A stretch of DNA of 32,000 nt, taken from positions 9,769 to 41,768 of the forward strand of contig CAZLQZ010000007.1 of assembly GCA_964561995.1 (NCBI GenBank), in the 5' to 3' direction. Below are positions 17,987 to 25,106 of the stretch, piece after piece. Source of the DNA: an uncultured Methanosarcinales archaeon (lineage in GTDB: Archaea > Nanobdellota > Nanobdellia > Woesearchaeales > JABIAG01). The position numbers were made by a program, and so were the translations under genes. How positions within the stretch are numbered: the stretch's first letter is position 1; each line of letters starts with the position of its first letter. Under the pieces are notes generated by a model. The model searched no databases, was not told the origin of the DNA, and saw only the letters and a list, made by a program, of their open reading frames with translations.

Positions 17987-18046
17987 ATTACTTATAAGGA
18001 ATGTCAGGGCTATATATTAAATCTTGTAGTCGGAATATAACTACAA
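17987..18046. promoter_or_regulatory. Inverted repeats in the divergent SBP-5 / TrmB-3 intergenic region
   Basis: ATTACTTATAAGGAAT (17987-18002) is an imperfect copy of the SBP-4 leader repeat. TTGTAGT (18024-18030) N9 ACTACAA (18040-18046) lies between the two TATA-like boxes. Confidence 0.4.
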
Positions 18047-18083
18047 ACAAAACATTTAAATAATTAAAGTAATTTACCCTGTT

Positions 18084-18800
18084 ATGGATGTTTACTCAGC
18101 ATTAGAAGAATTTGGATTAAATAATAGGGAAGCAAAAGTATATGTTAAGTTATTAGAATTAGGTTCAACAACAGCTTCTCAATTGGCAAAATATGTTAAT
18201 ATATTGAGACCGACAATGTATGAAGTTCTTAATGAAATGATTAAAAAAGGTGTGGTAAGTTATTCATTTTCAGGAAGAAAAAAGATTTTTCAAGCTTTAA
18301 ATCCAAAAGTTCTTACTCAAATTTTAGAAGATAAAAAAAGAATGTTGCAAGACTTTGTTCCTGAATTAGTTAATATTTCAAAGGCTAATACGTCTGAGCA
18401 AAAAGTAACGACTTTTTTTGGAGAAAAAGGACTTAAAGCAATTTATGATGACATGCTTGTAACTAATAAAGATATTTTTCATATTTTTAATTATCAAGAA
18501 TATTCAAAATTGTTTAAATTATATTGGATACAAAATTTCATTCAAAAAAGAGTTGAAAAAAAGATTTGGTTTAGGGCAGTTGTTAATAAAATTACTGATC
18601 CAGAATTAAAAAAATCTAGTAAAAAACAATTAAGAGAAATAAAATCATTAAATTTTTTGAAGGATTTTAAGATGAGTATGTTTATTTATGGTGATAAATG
18701 TGGTTTTTTTACTTTTAATGAACAACCTGTAGGGATATTAATTGAAAATCCTTTAATTAGTTCTTCTTTGAAAGTATTGTTTAATAATTTATACTCCTAA
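18084..18800 (+). CDS. TrmB-family transcriptional regulator (paralog 3)
   Basis: Contains the wHTH GLNNREAKVYVKLLELGSTTASQLAKYVNILRPTMYEVLNEMIKKGVVSY. TTTAAATA ends 21 nt upstream of the ATG. Confidence 0.8.
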   Translation: MDVYSALEEFGLNNREAKVYVKLLELGSTTASQLAKYVNILRPTMYEVLNEMIKKGVVSYSFSGRKKIFQALNPKVLTQILEDKKRMLQDFVPELVNISKANTSEQKVTTFFGEKGLKAIYDDMLVTNKDIFHIFNYQEYSKLFKLYWIQNFIQKRVEKKIWFRAVVNKITDPELKKSSKKQLREIKSLNFLKDFKMSMFIYGDKCGFFTFNEQPVGILIENPLISSSLKVLFNNLYS

Positions 18801-18823
18801 AAGTCAAGGTTATTTTTTTAGTC

Positions 18824-18866
18824 GACCTATTAAAATATTTGAATCTTTAGGTTGTAAAAATAGGTC
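18824..18866. terminator. Hairpin between convergent TrmB-3 and livM
   Basis: GACCTATT (18824-18831) and AATAGGTC (18859-18866) form 8-bp arms around a 27-nt loop. A T7 run at 18813-18819 precedes it. The right arm overlaps the livM stop. Confidence 0.3.
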
Positions 18867-19737
18867 ATTCTAGTTCTACTTTACCAAATAAACCCTTAGG
18901 CCTATATATTAGTATTAATAATAAAAGTAAAGCATAAATTATTTGTCTCATTGGTCCTATGACTGAAGATGGAAAACCAATAAATCTTAATGGTTCTGGT
19001 AATAATATTAAAATGAATGTTGCAACAACTGTTCCTTTTAATGAAGCTAATCCTGCAATTATAACAATTGATAAAACTGGTACTAAATTTAATAATGTAA
19101 ATGAAGAAGGATCGATAAAAGTAATATAATGTGCATATAAAGAACCTGCAATTCCTGCAAAAAAAGCACTAATTGCTAAAGCGTAACTTTTCATTTTCAG
19201 TGTATTTTTCCCTAAACTTTTAGCTGCCAATTCGTCATCTCGAATAGCTTCTAAAACTTTACCAAATGGAGAAGAACTAATTTTTTTAATTATAAAATAA
19301 GTGATTGCAGCAATAACAAATGTAAAAATTAAATAATTCAAATTAGATTTTAAAACAAATCCAAATAATGAAGGTTTAGGTATTCCTGGTAATCCTAATG
19401 GTCCTCTTGTTAAATTTGTCCAGTTTAATAGTACTGCATAAACTACAAAAGTAAAACCCAATGTTGCTAATGTTAGATAATCGCCTTTAAGTTTATTTAC
19501 GGGTATAGAAATTAAATAACCAAATATCATTGCCACTATTCCTGCAGATAAAAAACCAACCCAAAATGGAAAACCATTCATAACAAGTAAAGCAGAAGTA
19601 TAAGCGCCAATTCCGTAAAATGCTATATGTCCTAAATTCAATAAACCAGTAAAACCTACTGAGAGTTGTAAGGATAAAGCTAAGACTAAAAAAATTCCTA
19701 CCAGAATTAATAGGTGTATGAAATAGGCTTCTATCAA
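18865..19737 (-). CDS. livM: Branched-chain amino acid type ABC transporter permease LivM
   Basis: A 290-aa polytopic membrane protein with GLLNLGHIAFYGIGAYTSA and RDDELAAKSLGKNT motifs. It has a TTG start with AAGGTGA 5 nt upstream. Confidence 0.85.
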   Translation of the reverse strand: MIEAYFIHLLILVGIFLVLALSLQLSVGFTGLLNLGHIAFYGIGAYTSALLVMNGFPFWVGFLSAGIVAMIFGYLISIPVNKLKGDYLTLATLGFTFVVYAVLLNWTNLTRGPLGLPGIPKPSLFGFVLKSNLNYLIFTFVIAAITYFIIKKISSSPFGKVLEAIRDDELAAKSLGKNTLKMKSYALAISAFFAGIAGSLYAHYITFIDPSSFTLLNLVPVLSIVIIAGLASLKGTVVATFILILLPEPLRFIGFPSSVIGPMRQIIYALLLLLILIYRPKGLFGKVELE

Positions 19738-19792
19738 AATTTCACCTTTTTAAAATTTTGGATTTTATAAAAATTATAAATCTTTGCAAGCA

Positions 19793-20674
19793 TCATCTTT
19801 TATCACCTTTTTTTATGCCTAATATTCCTTGTGGTCTTAATAATAAAAATAAGAATAATATTATAAATGCAATTGCATCTTTATATCCTGAAGGTAACCA
19901 CCATATTCCATAATTTTCTGCAAAACCAAGTAAAAAACTTCCTAATACTGCTCCAGGTACAGATCCAATTCCACCAATTATTGCTCCAGTAAATCCTTTA
20001 ATTACAAGATTAGTTCCCATTGTTGGTTCTAAGTTTTGTTCTAAACCAATTAATATTCCTGCAACGCCTGCAATTGCTGAACCAATTACAAAACTCCAAG
20101 CATATATTCTTTCTGAACTAATTCCTACAATTTCTGCAACCTCTTTGTTGTCTGAAACAGCTCTCATTGCTTTTCCAATTTTAGTTTTTTTCATAAATAA
20201 ATATAATAGTCCTAATAAAACAAATGATGTGATTATGATAAATAATTGTAATGGGGTAATTATTGCTCCGAGAATAGTCATTCCTTTTGCAACTTTAATG
20301 TAGCCTATTGTTTTGACATCTGCTCCAAAGAAAATTAATATTATTGATTCTAAAAAGATTAATAGTGCAAAACTTGCAAGTAATAAGATTACTCTGCTTG
20401 CTTTTTTCTTTCTTAGTGGTTTGTATATAAATAAGTTCATCAAGTAACCAAGTAAAGAAACCAAAATTATGGCTAAGATTACTGAAAAAACAAAATTAAT
20501 TCCTAACATATTAAATAACCAATATAAAAAATATGCAGAAAAAGCAATGGTTGAGCCATGTGCAAAATTAGCAAATTTACAAGTTGAATAAATTAAACTA
20601 AAACCTGATGCAACTAATGCATATATCCCTCCTGCAATTAATCCGTTGACAAATAATTGTGCAAATATTCCCAT
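19793..20674 (-). CDS. livH: Branched-chain amino acid type ABC transporter permease LivH
   Basis: A 293-aa polytopic membrane protein with NGLIAGGIYALVASGFSLIY, ANFAHG, MRAVSDNKEVAEIVGI and GGIGSVPGAVLG motifs. Confidence 0.87.
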   Translation of the reverse strand: MGIFAQLFVNGLIAGGIYALVASGFSLIYSTCKFANFAHGSTIAFSAYFLYWLFNMLGINFVFSVILAIILVSLLGYLMNLFIYKPLRKKKASRVILLLASFALLIFLESIILIFFGADVKTIGYIKVAKGMTILGAIITPLQLFIIITSFVLLGLLYLFMKKTKIGKAMRAVSDNKEVAEIVGISSERIYAWSFVIGSAIAGVAGILIGLEQNLEPTMGTNLVIKGFTGAIIGGIGSVPGAVLGSFLLGFAENYGIWWLPSGYKDAIAFIILFLFLLLRPQGILGIKKGDKR

Positions 20675-20752
20675 ATAGTGCTATTTTTAAAACGAGTTAA
20701 TAAAATTTGTTATTTAGCAATATTTATAAACCTCATTTACTAATGTTGTAAT

Positions 20753-21316
20753 ATGTTAAATGAATCTTTCCAATTTGTAAAAGAAAAGTACTTAACCTTA
20801 AACAGTTTTTTTAATAATTTAATAATTGCCGCAATTATTTTTGTAGTTGGCTTGGTAGTTGGCAGACTAGCTGGTAGTTTTATTAAAAGAATACTAAAAG
20901 AATTAGAAATAAATAAAATCATAAAAAAGTCAACAAATGTCAATGTTCATATCGAAGAAAATCTTGGTGATGCAGTTTCTTACATTATTTATTTCTTTGC
21001 AGCAATTATGGCATTAACACAATTAGGTTTAACGACTACAGTATTGACAATGATTGCAGCAGCAGTATTAATTATAATTGTTTTGGCTTTTATTCTTGGG
21101 ATAAAAGATTTCATTCCAAATCTTATTGCTGGTTTTATTATTTATAGAAATCAATCATTTAAAGTGGGAGATGAAATTGAAGTTTCTGATGTAAAAGGTA
21201 AAGTTGTTAGTATTAAATTAATTGAAACTGAATTGAAATCTGGTTCGGATAATATTTTCATACCAAATTCAACTATTATAAAAAGTAAATTGAAAATAAT
21301 TAAAAACAAGAAATAA
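20753..21316 (+). CDS. Small mechanosensitive (MscS-family) channel protein
   Basis: Three TM helices are followed by IIYRNQSFKVGDEIEVSDVKGKVVSIKLIETELKSGSDNIFIPNSTI, the MscS beta-domain signature. The large C-terminal vestibule domain is missing. Confidence 0.65.
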   Translation: MLNESFQFVKEKYLTLNSFFNNLIIAAIIFVVGLVVGRLAGSFIKRILKELEINKIIKKSTNVNVHIEENLGDAVSYIIYFFAAIMALTQLGLTTTVLTMIAAAVLIIIVLAFILGIKDFIPNLIAGFIIYRNQSFKVGDEIEVSDVKGKVVSIKLIETELKSGSDNIFIPNSTIIKSKLKIIKNKK

Positions 21317-21345
21317 AACAAAAATCTTTGATTTTTAAATATTGC

Positions 21346-21624
21346 TCAACTATTTGTAATGAATTGTTTAATCTCTTTAATTTTTTTAGGATTTAAAGAA
21401 ATATGGTGGTCATAACCTTTTCCAGTTCTTTTCATCATCATATGGACCCAGTTTTCATTAATTAATTCTTTAATGGTTTTTTTGATTTCTCTATTGCCTT
21501 TTTGAGTATTTCTAGTGTGTTCTGGAATTCCTTTAATTGCATAATCTAATGGTGTGTGTTTACCACCCCAAATATTTGATCTAATTAATTTTAAAATAAT
21601 TATTTTTTTGATATTTGAACTCAT
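21346..21624 (-). CDS. Hypothetical small basic protein (92 aa)
   Basis: A clean ORF divergent from a wHTH gene. I recognise no family. Confidence 0.4.
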   Translation of the reverse strand: MSSNIKKIIILKLIRSNIWGGKHTPLDYAIKGIPEHTRNTQKGNREIKKTIKELINENWVHMMMKRTGKGYDHHISLNPKKIKEIKQFITNS

Positions 21625-21635
21625 AATTTGAAAAT

Positions 21636-21647
21636 AAGAAATTTCTT
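21636..21647. promoter_or_regulatory. 12-bp perfect palindrome in a divergent promoter region
   Basis: AAGAAATTTCTT lies between 21346-21624 (-) and 21728-22048 (+). Confidence 0.3.
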
Positions 21648-21727
21648 AATAAATGTTAACTTATAATTTTTATACATTGATGTACAAAAAAGAAAGTTTT
21701 ATAAAGTTTTTAAATAATCATTTAATT

Positions 21728-22048
21728 ATGAAATCCATTTTTTTAGAACATGTTGGTTATAGTCCAAGAATGAAGGTAATGCAATATCTTATCGAAGGAA
21801 GAGATTTTGATTATTCTTTAACAGATATGCTTAATGCTGATGTAAGTTGGGGTACTTTAAATACTATAATTCCCAAAATGCTGAATCTATGTATCATAAT
21901 AAAGACCAGAAAAATAGGTAGAGCTACATTATATAAAATAAATGAAAATAATATTGTTTCTAAACAATTAATAGGATTGTACGATGATTTAATTCGAGAA
22001 CAATTTAATCAGTTTGATAAAAAGATGAAACTTAAAGTTAAATTATAA
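21728..22048 (+). CDS. Small winged-helix DNA-binding protein (putative regulator)
   Basis: Contains SPRMKVMQYLIEGRDFDYSLTDMLNADVSWGTLNTIIPKMLNLCIIIKTRKIGRATLYKIN, which has an HTH plus wing layout. The start was moved to the ATG at 21728, downstream of TATA-like ttataaagtttttaaata. Confidence 0.5.
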   Translation: MKSIFLEHVGYSPRMKVMQYLIEGRDFDYSLTDMLNADVSWGTLNTIIPKMLNLCIIIKTRKIGRATLYKINENNIVSKQLIGLYDDLIREQFNQFDKKMKLKVKL

Positions 22049-22282
22049 TCCTTCTAATGAACTAGCAATATCTAATAATTGAACTCTTATTCCTGCTTCA
22101 ATATTTCCATTACTATCTAGTTCTTCAAGTTCAGGGATACATTTATCCTTTTTAATGTATAAATCTTCTTCACTTTTTAAAATATTAAGAATCTTATTTA
22201 ATTTTTCTTTAACTTGTTTAGATGCATTTCCTTCTTCAAGAATTGTTTCTACATAAGAAATTATAAAATTAATCTTTTCCAT
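22043..22282 (-). CDS. UPF0147-like small helical protein
   Basis: A 79-aa helical protein (ILEEGNASKQVKEKLNKILNILKSEED...LDSNGNIEAGIRVQLLDIASSLE) that overlaps the prefoldin beta stop by 14 nt. The family call is from pattern memory only. Confidence 0.5.
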   Translation of the reverse strand: MEKINFIISYVETILEEGNASKQVKEKLNKILNILKSEEDLYIKKDKCIPELEELDSNGNIEAGIRVQLLDIASSLEGL

Positions 22283-22592
22283 TTTTTTCCATCTCTTTCA
22301 TCACTTCATCTCTTAAAGATTGGGATTTTTCTTTTAATCTGTCTTCTTGTTTTTCTAAAGTTTTAATTCTTAGATCAAGTTCTTCTTTTTTAGTTGTTAA
22401 TTCTTTAGTTAGATCTTCTTTATTTGCAGAAAGCATAACATTGCCTATGATTTTAAAACTTTCTTTTGAATTTTGTAATTCATTTAATGCTGATTCAATT
22501 TCAATCATTTGTTGTTGAAATTGTTGTTTTTGCATAAGAAACTGTTGTAAGTTTTGTTCAAGAATTTGAAGTTGTTGCATTTTTTCTGACAT
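22269..22592 (-). CDS. pfdB: Prefoldin subunit beta
   Basis: A 107-aa coiled-coil/beta-hairpin/coiled-coil protein (QQLQILEQNLQQF...ESFKIIGNVMLSANKEDL...LEKQEDRLKEK). GGAGGG lies upstream of the ATG. Confidence 0.85.
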   Translation of the reverse strand: MSEKMQQLQILEQNLQQFLMQKQQFQQQMIEIESALNELQNSKESFKIIGNVMLSANKEDLTKELTTKKEELDLRIKTLEKQEDRLKEKSQSLRDEVMKEMEKNGKD

Positions 22593-22610
22593 TCTTCCCT
22601 CCGAAGGTAA

Positions 22611-22829
22611 TTATTTTATTTCTTTTATTTTATAAAAAACACTTAACATTTGTGTTATTGAATTCATGCTTGCTCTAAGAGCAGTAGCATCATCTGCTTC
22701 AATATTAATTGACAATGTGTCAGTTTTATTAATTTCTACTTTTGATCTATTTTGCTTTTCTGTTTCAGGTAGAATTGCATCATAAATTTCGTCAACAAAT
22801 TCATCAATAGTAATTGATGCTTTAATCAT
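22611..22829 (-). CDS. pcc1: KEOPS complex subunit Pcc1
   Basis: 72 aa. The block LSINIEADDATALRASMNSITQMLSVF matches the Pcc1/CTAG signature (I-x-A-x-D-xx-ALRA-xx-NS). Confidence 0.7.
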   Translation of the reverse strand: MIKASITIDEFVDEIYDAILPETEKQNRSKVEINKTDTLSINIEADDATALRASMNSITQMLSVFYKIKEIK

Positions 22830-22963
22830 CTAGCTTGAACTATTGTGGCTTGTGTTCTTGGTTTGTAAATCATTTTTGATCCACAATATGGGCATCTTAC
22901 TTTTTTTCTTAAAAATTCTTCGCCAACTTTTTTATCGCATTGAAAACATTTATAGAGTACCAT
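22826..22963 (-). CDS. rpoP: DNA-directed RNA polymerase subunit P (Rpo12), 45 aa, not in the ORF track
   Basis: Hand translation gives MVLYKCFQCDKKVGEEFLRKKVRCPYCGSKMIYKPRTQATIVQAR with CxxC-N15-CxxC. The stop overlaps the Pcc1 start (ATGA). The position after L37Ae is the conserved archaeal arrangement. Confidence 0.8.
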   Translation of the reverse strand: MVLYKCFQCDKKVGEEFLRKKVRCPYCGSKMIYKPRTQATIVQAR

Positions 22964-22964
22964 T

Positions 22965-23198
22965 TTATTCCTCGATTTCTTTTACTTTAACTTTTGCTGT
23001 GTCGTAAGCTCTTCCTGTAAATTTCGCTGAACATTTATTACATGTCCATATTCCTGCTGCAATTCTTTTAACTTTTAATGCATGACATTTTGGGCATTGT
23101 TTATCTTTGTTTTTTAAATCTTCAAATCTACCTAATTTATCCCGGATTTTTCTTCCGTATCGTGCTCCAAAACCTTTGATTGTTTTTCTTTTAGCCAT
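22965..23198 (-). CDS. rpl37ae: 50S ribosomal protein L37Ae (eL43)
   Basis: Contains MAKRKTIKGFGARYGRKIR and the zinc ribbon CPKC...CNKC. GGAG lies upstream. Confidence 0.93.
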   Translation of the reverse strand: MAKRKTIKGFGARYGRKIRDKLGRFEDLKNKDKQCPKCHALKVKRIAAGIWTCNKCSAKFTGRAYDTAKVKVKEIEE

Positions 23199-23215
23199 TT
23201 TTATCTCCTTTTATA

Positions 23216-23323
23216 TGGGGCTGCCCAGATTTGAACTGGGGTCTTCTGGTTTTTTTAAAAAAAGTCATGAGTAGGCTTTAATACCCAAACCAGAAAGGAT
23301 GGACCAAGCTACCCAACAGCCCC
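23216..23323 (-). tRNA. Intron-containing tRNA, best read as tRNA-Pro(UGG) with a 33-nt intron (23251-23283) at position 37/38
   Basis: The reverse complement folds as acceptor GGGGCUG/CAGCCCC plus discriminator A. D arm is GGGU/UCCU with A14, G18G19 and A21. Anticodon stem is UCUGG/CCAGA and the loop is UUUGGG|intron|A. The variable region is 4 nt, the T arm is CCCAG-UUCAAAU-CUGGG, and CCA is not encoded. Confidence 0.8.
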
Positions 23324-23379
23324 TATTTCATTAATATGAACTTTTGATTATTGAAGAAAAATTGAGGGGTTTTTAAATG

Positions 23380-24138
23380 TTACTGAATTTTTTGCTCGTT
23401 TTCCTTGATTTTAACTGCTAATTCTCTTATATGTTGTTGATATGATGGTCCGATTTCTTTATTTTTTAATGTAAAATGTGTTATAGCTTTGATGTAATCT
23501 AGTGGTTCTCCTGTATCAAACACTTCTCCTTCTATGGGAACATGTAAGAATTCTCCTTTAGAATCTAATTCTGATAATACACTCGCAACAACTTTTGCGT
23601 CATCGCCTAAAAAGAATTTTTGTTTATTAATGAATTTAAATACTGATGGTTTAAATATGTATCTTCCGTTAGAATGTATGTGTAGTTTAGTTTTTTTGTG
23701 CTTTTTAACTAATTGTTTTAATGCAGAAATTTTAGAATCATATATTATGTCTGAAAAAAGTACTGCAAATGAATCATTTTTCAACCATCTTTTTGCTAAA
23801 TAAATTTCATGCATCCAACCTCTTGGTTTTTTTTGTTCAATGAATCTAATTTTACATTTGTCAAATACTTCATTAAGTTTTTTAACACTACCTTTATGGC
23901 CAAAGTTTTTTGTCATTTCAACCAATGTTTTACTTTTTTTAAAGTATTTTTTAATTTCGTTTAAATTTCTTCCAGTTATGATGATTTCTTTTATGCCAGA
24001 ATGGTAAGCTTCTTCACATAAAAGTTGAATTACTGGTTTGTTAATAATTGGTAGCATTAGTTTATTTGTGTTTTTAGTTAAAGGAAACATTCTAGAACCT
24101 AGGCCTGCTGCTGGTATGATTGCTTTCTTTACTTCCAT
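23380..24138 (-). CDS. Sugar-1-phosphate nucleotidylyltransferase, GalU-like (UTP-glucose-1-phosphate uridylyltransferase family)
   Basis: The N-terminal KAIIPAAGLGSRMFPLTKNTNKLMLPIINKPVIQLL matches the GalU/NTP_transferase signature. Confidence 0.75.
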   Translation of the reverse strand: MEVKKAIIPAAGLGSRMFPLTKNTNKLMLPIINKPVIQLLCEEAYHSGIKEIIITGRNLNEIKKYFKKSKTLVEMTKNFGHKGSVKKLNEVFDKCKIRFIEQKKPRGWMHEIYLAKRWLKNDSFAVLFSDIIYDSKISALKQLVKKHKKTKLHIHSNGRYIFKPSVFKFINKQKFFLGDDAKVVASVLSELDSKGEFLHVPIEGEVFDTGEPLDYIKAITHFTLKNKEIGPSYQQHIRELAVKIKENEQKIQ

Positions 24139-24228
24139 ATCTTTTTATCTTAAATTATTATATTTAAATGTTTTTAAAACACAATATTTATTAGTGATTA
24201 AACTTTATAATTTATAGATTGATTTAAA

Positions 24229-24594
24229 ATGAACAAAATCCTCATAGTTGATGATGAAGAGGAGATGCAGTTGTTTTATAAAGAACTGTTGAAAGATTCT
24301 TATAAATTATTTTTTTTTAAAAATGTTAATCAAATTAATAAATTTTTAACTGATAATGAAATTAATCTTATGCTTTTAGATTTAATGTTGTCAAAAGAAG
24401 ATTGTTTTGGTTTATTAAATAAAATAAAATGTATTAAGAAATGTAAGAATTTGAAAATTATTGTTATATCTTGTGATGGTTATGCTGATCAATTAAAAAA
24501 GATTTATCCTGATATTTCTATTTTTAAAAAAAGTTTTGATAAAAAAAAAATATTAAATGAAATAAAGAATATAATGCAAACCGTTATGCTTTGA
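24229..24594 (+). CDS. Stand-alone response-regulator receiver domain protein
   Basis: Has ILIVDDEEE (acidic pocket), LMLLDLMLS (phospho-acceptor Asp), IIVISC and FKKSF (conserved Lys). There is no output domain and no kinase gene in the window. Confidence 0.75.
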   Translation: MNKILIVDDEEEMQLFYKELLKDSYKLFFFKNVNQINKFLTDNEINLMLLDLMLSKEDCFGLLNKIKCIKKCKNLKIIVISCDGYADQLKKIYPDISIFKKSFDKKKILNEIKNIMQTVML

Positions 24595-24635
24595 GGGGGG
24601 TGTTATAGAAAAGTAACACAACGGTTTGCTTTTTT
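24576..24635. terminator. Nested stem-loop plus T6 between convergent genes (probable bidirectional terminator)
   Basis: The outer stem is GCAAACCGTT (24576-24585) / AACGGTTTGC (24620-24629). The inner stem is GTGTTA (24600-24605) / TAACAC (24614-24619). TTTTTT follows, and the receiver gene stop lies inside the structure. Confidence 0.4.
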
Positions 24636-25044
24636 AAGTATCAATTAATTTTTGGGGTGGTTTTCTGAATTCTTTAATCCACATTAATCCGATTCGGGTC
24701 ATTTCTTTGTTGAAATTTTCAGACAATTTGTATGTTTTTTTGTACATGTCGTAGTCGATAATGCCCATGCTTCGAAAGGGTGTTAATATCCTGTCATAAA
24801 ATTGTCTTTTATTATAGGAGAGTTTGGCTTTTTTTCCTTTAAATTTTGGTGTTGGAAGTTTTGCAACTATATCGCCTTCATGTAAAGCGGTTGCAAACAT
24901 GGACATTTGCGCTTTGCCTATTTCTCCATGATTTTCCTTCATGAAGTCTACTAACAGTCTGCCGACTATTGTTTGCTGTTCTGTAGCGAACATTAATTCA
25001 AATATGTCGTCTGGCATATTAAATCGATCGAATAATATGACCAT
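24634..25044 (-). CDS. Hypothetical protein, possible C-terminal winged-helix DNA binder
   Basis: A 136-aa ORF that is visibly richer in G+C than its neighbours. The C-terminal FYDRILTPFRSMGIIDYDMYKKTYKLSENF resembles a recognition helix plus wing. A TATA-like atttatata lies 26-34 nt upstream. Confidence 0.45.
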   Translation of the reverse strand: MVILFDRFNMPDDIFELMFATEQQTIVGRLLVDFMKENHGEIGKAQMSMFATALHEGDIVAKLPTPKFKGKKAKLSYNKRQFYDRILTPFRSMGIIDYDMYKKTYKLSENFNKEMTRIGLMWIKEFRKPPQKLIDT

Positions 25045-25086
25045 TATAAATAGGGTAATATGTAACTAGTATATAAATGTTTCGTT

Positions 25087-25106
25087 TAGTATACTAATTA
25101 GTATAC
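25087..25106. promoter_or_regulatory. 20-bp perfect palindrome (two AGTATACT units) between divergent promoters
   Basis: AGTATACT-AATT-AGTATACT. A third degenerate unit, AGTATATA, is at 25069-25076 and overlaps the TATA-like box of the minus-strand gene. Confidence 0.5.

Noticed and set aside
23251-23283. A CUCAUGA sequence inside the tRNA region looks like a perfect CAU (Met/Ile2) anticodon loop.
   Set aside because: No 5-bp stem flanks it. Using it leaves the D arm, variable region and T arm out of register. The UGG reading with a 37/38 intron gives a complete cloverleaf with A14, G18G19 and A21.
23199-24228. The tRNA gene could be an integration site for a mobile element reaching into the accessory block.
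   Set aside because: No integrase gene, no partial duplication of the tRNA 3' half and no flanking direct repeats were seen anywhere in the window. The tRNA 3' end also faces core ribosomal genes rather than the accessory block.
24541-24550. The A10 run inside the receiver gene, and similar homopolymer runs elsewhere, could be programmed frameshift or phase-variation sites.
   Set aside because: The reading frames continue uninterrupted through them and encode Lys/Phe runs typical of this composition. No alternative-frame ORF continues downstream.
24900-24906. An isolated TGGACAT inside the 24634-25044 coding region could be a third copy of the DinD/radical-SAM element.
   Set aside because: Only the 7-mer and a few flanking bases match. 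A 7-mer of this composition is expected a few times by chance in 64 kb of two-strand sequence, and the second box and the rest of the 42-nt element are absent.
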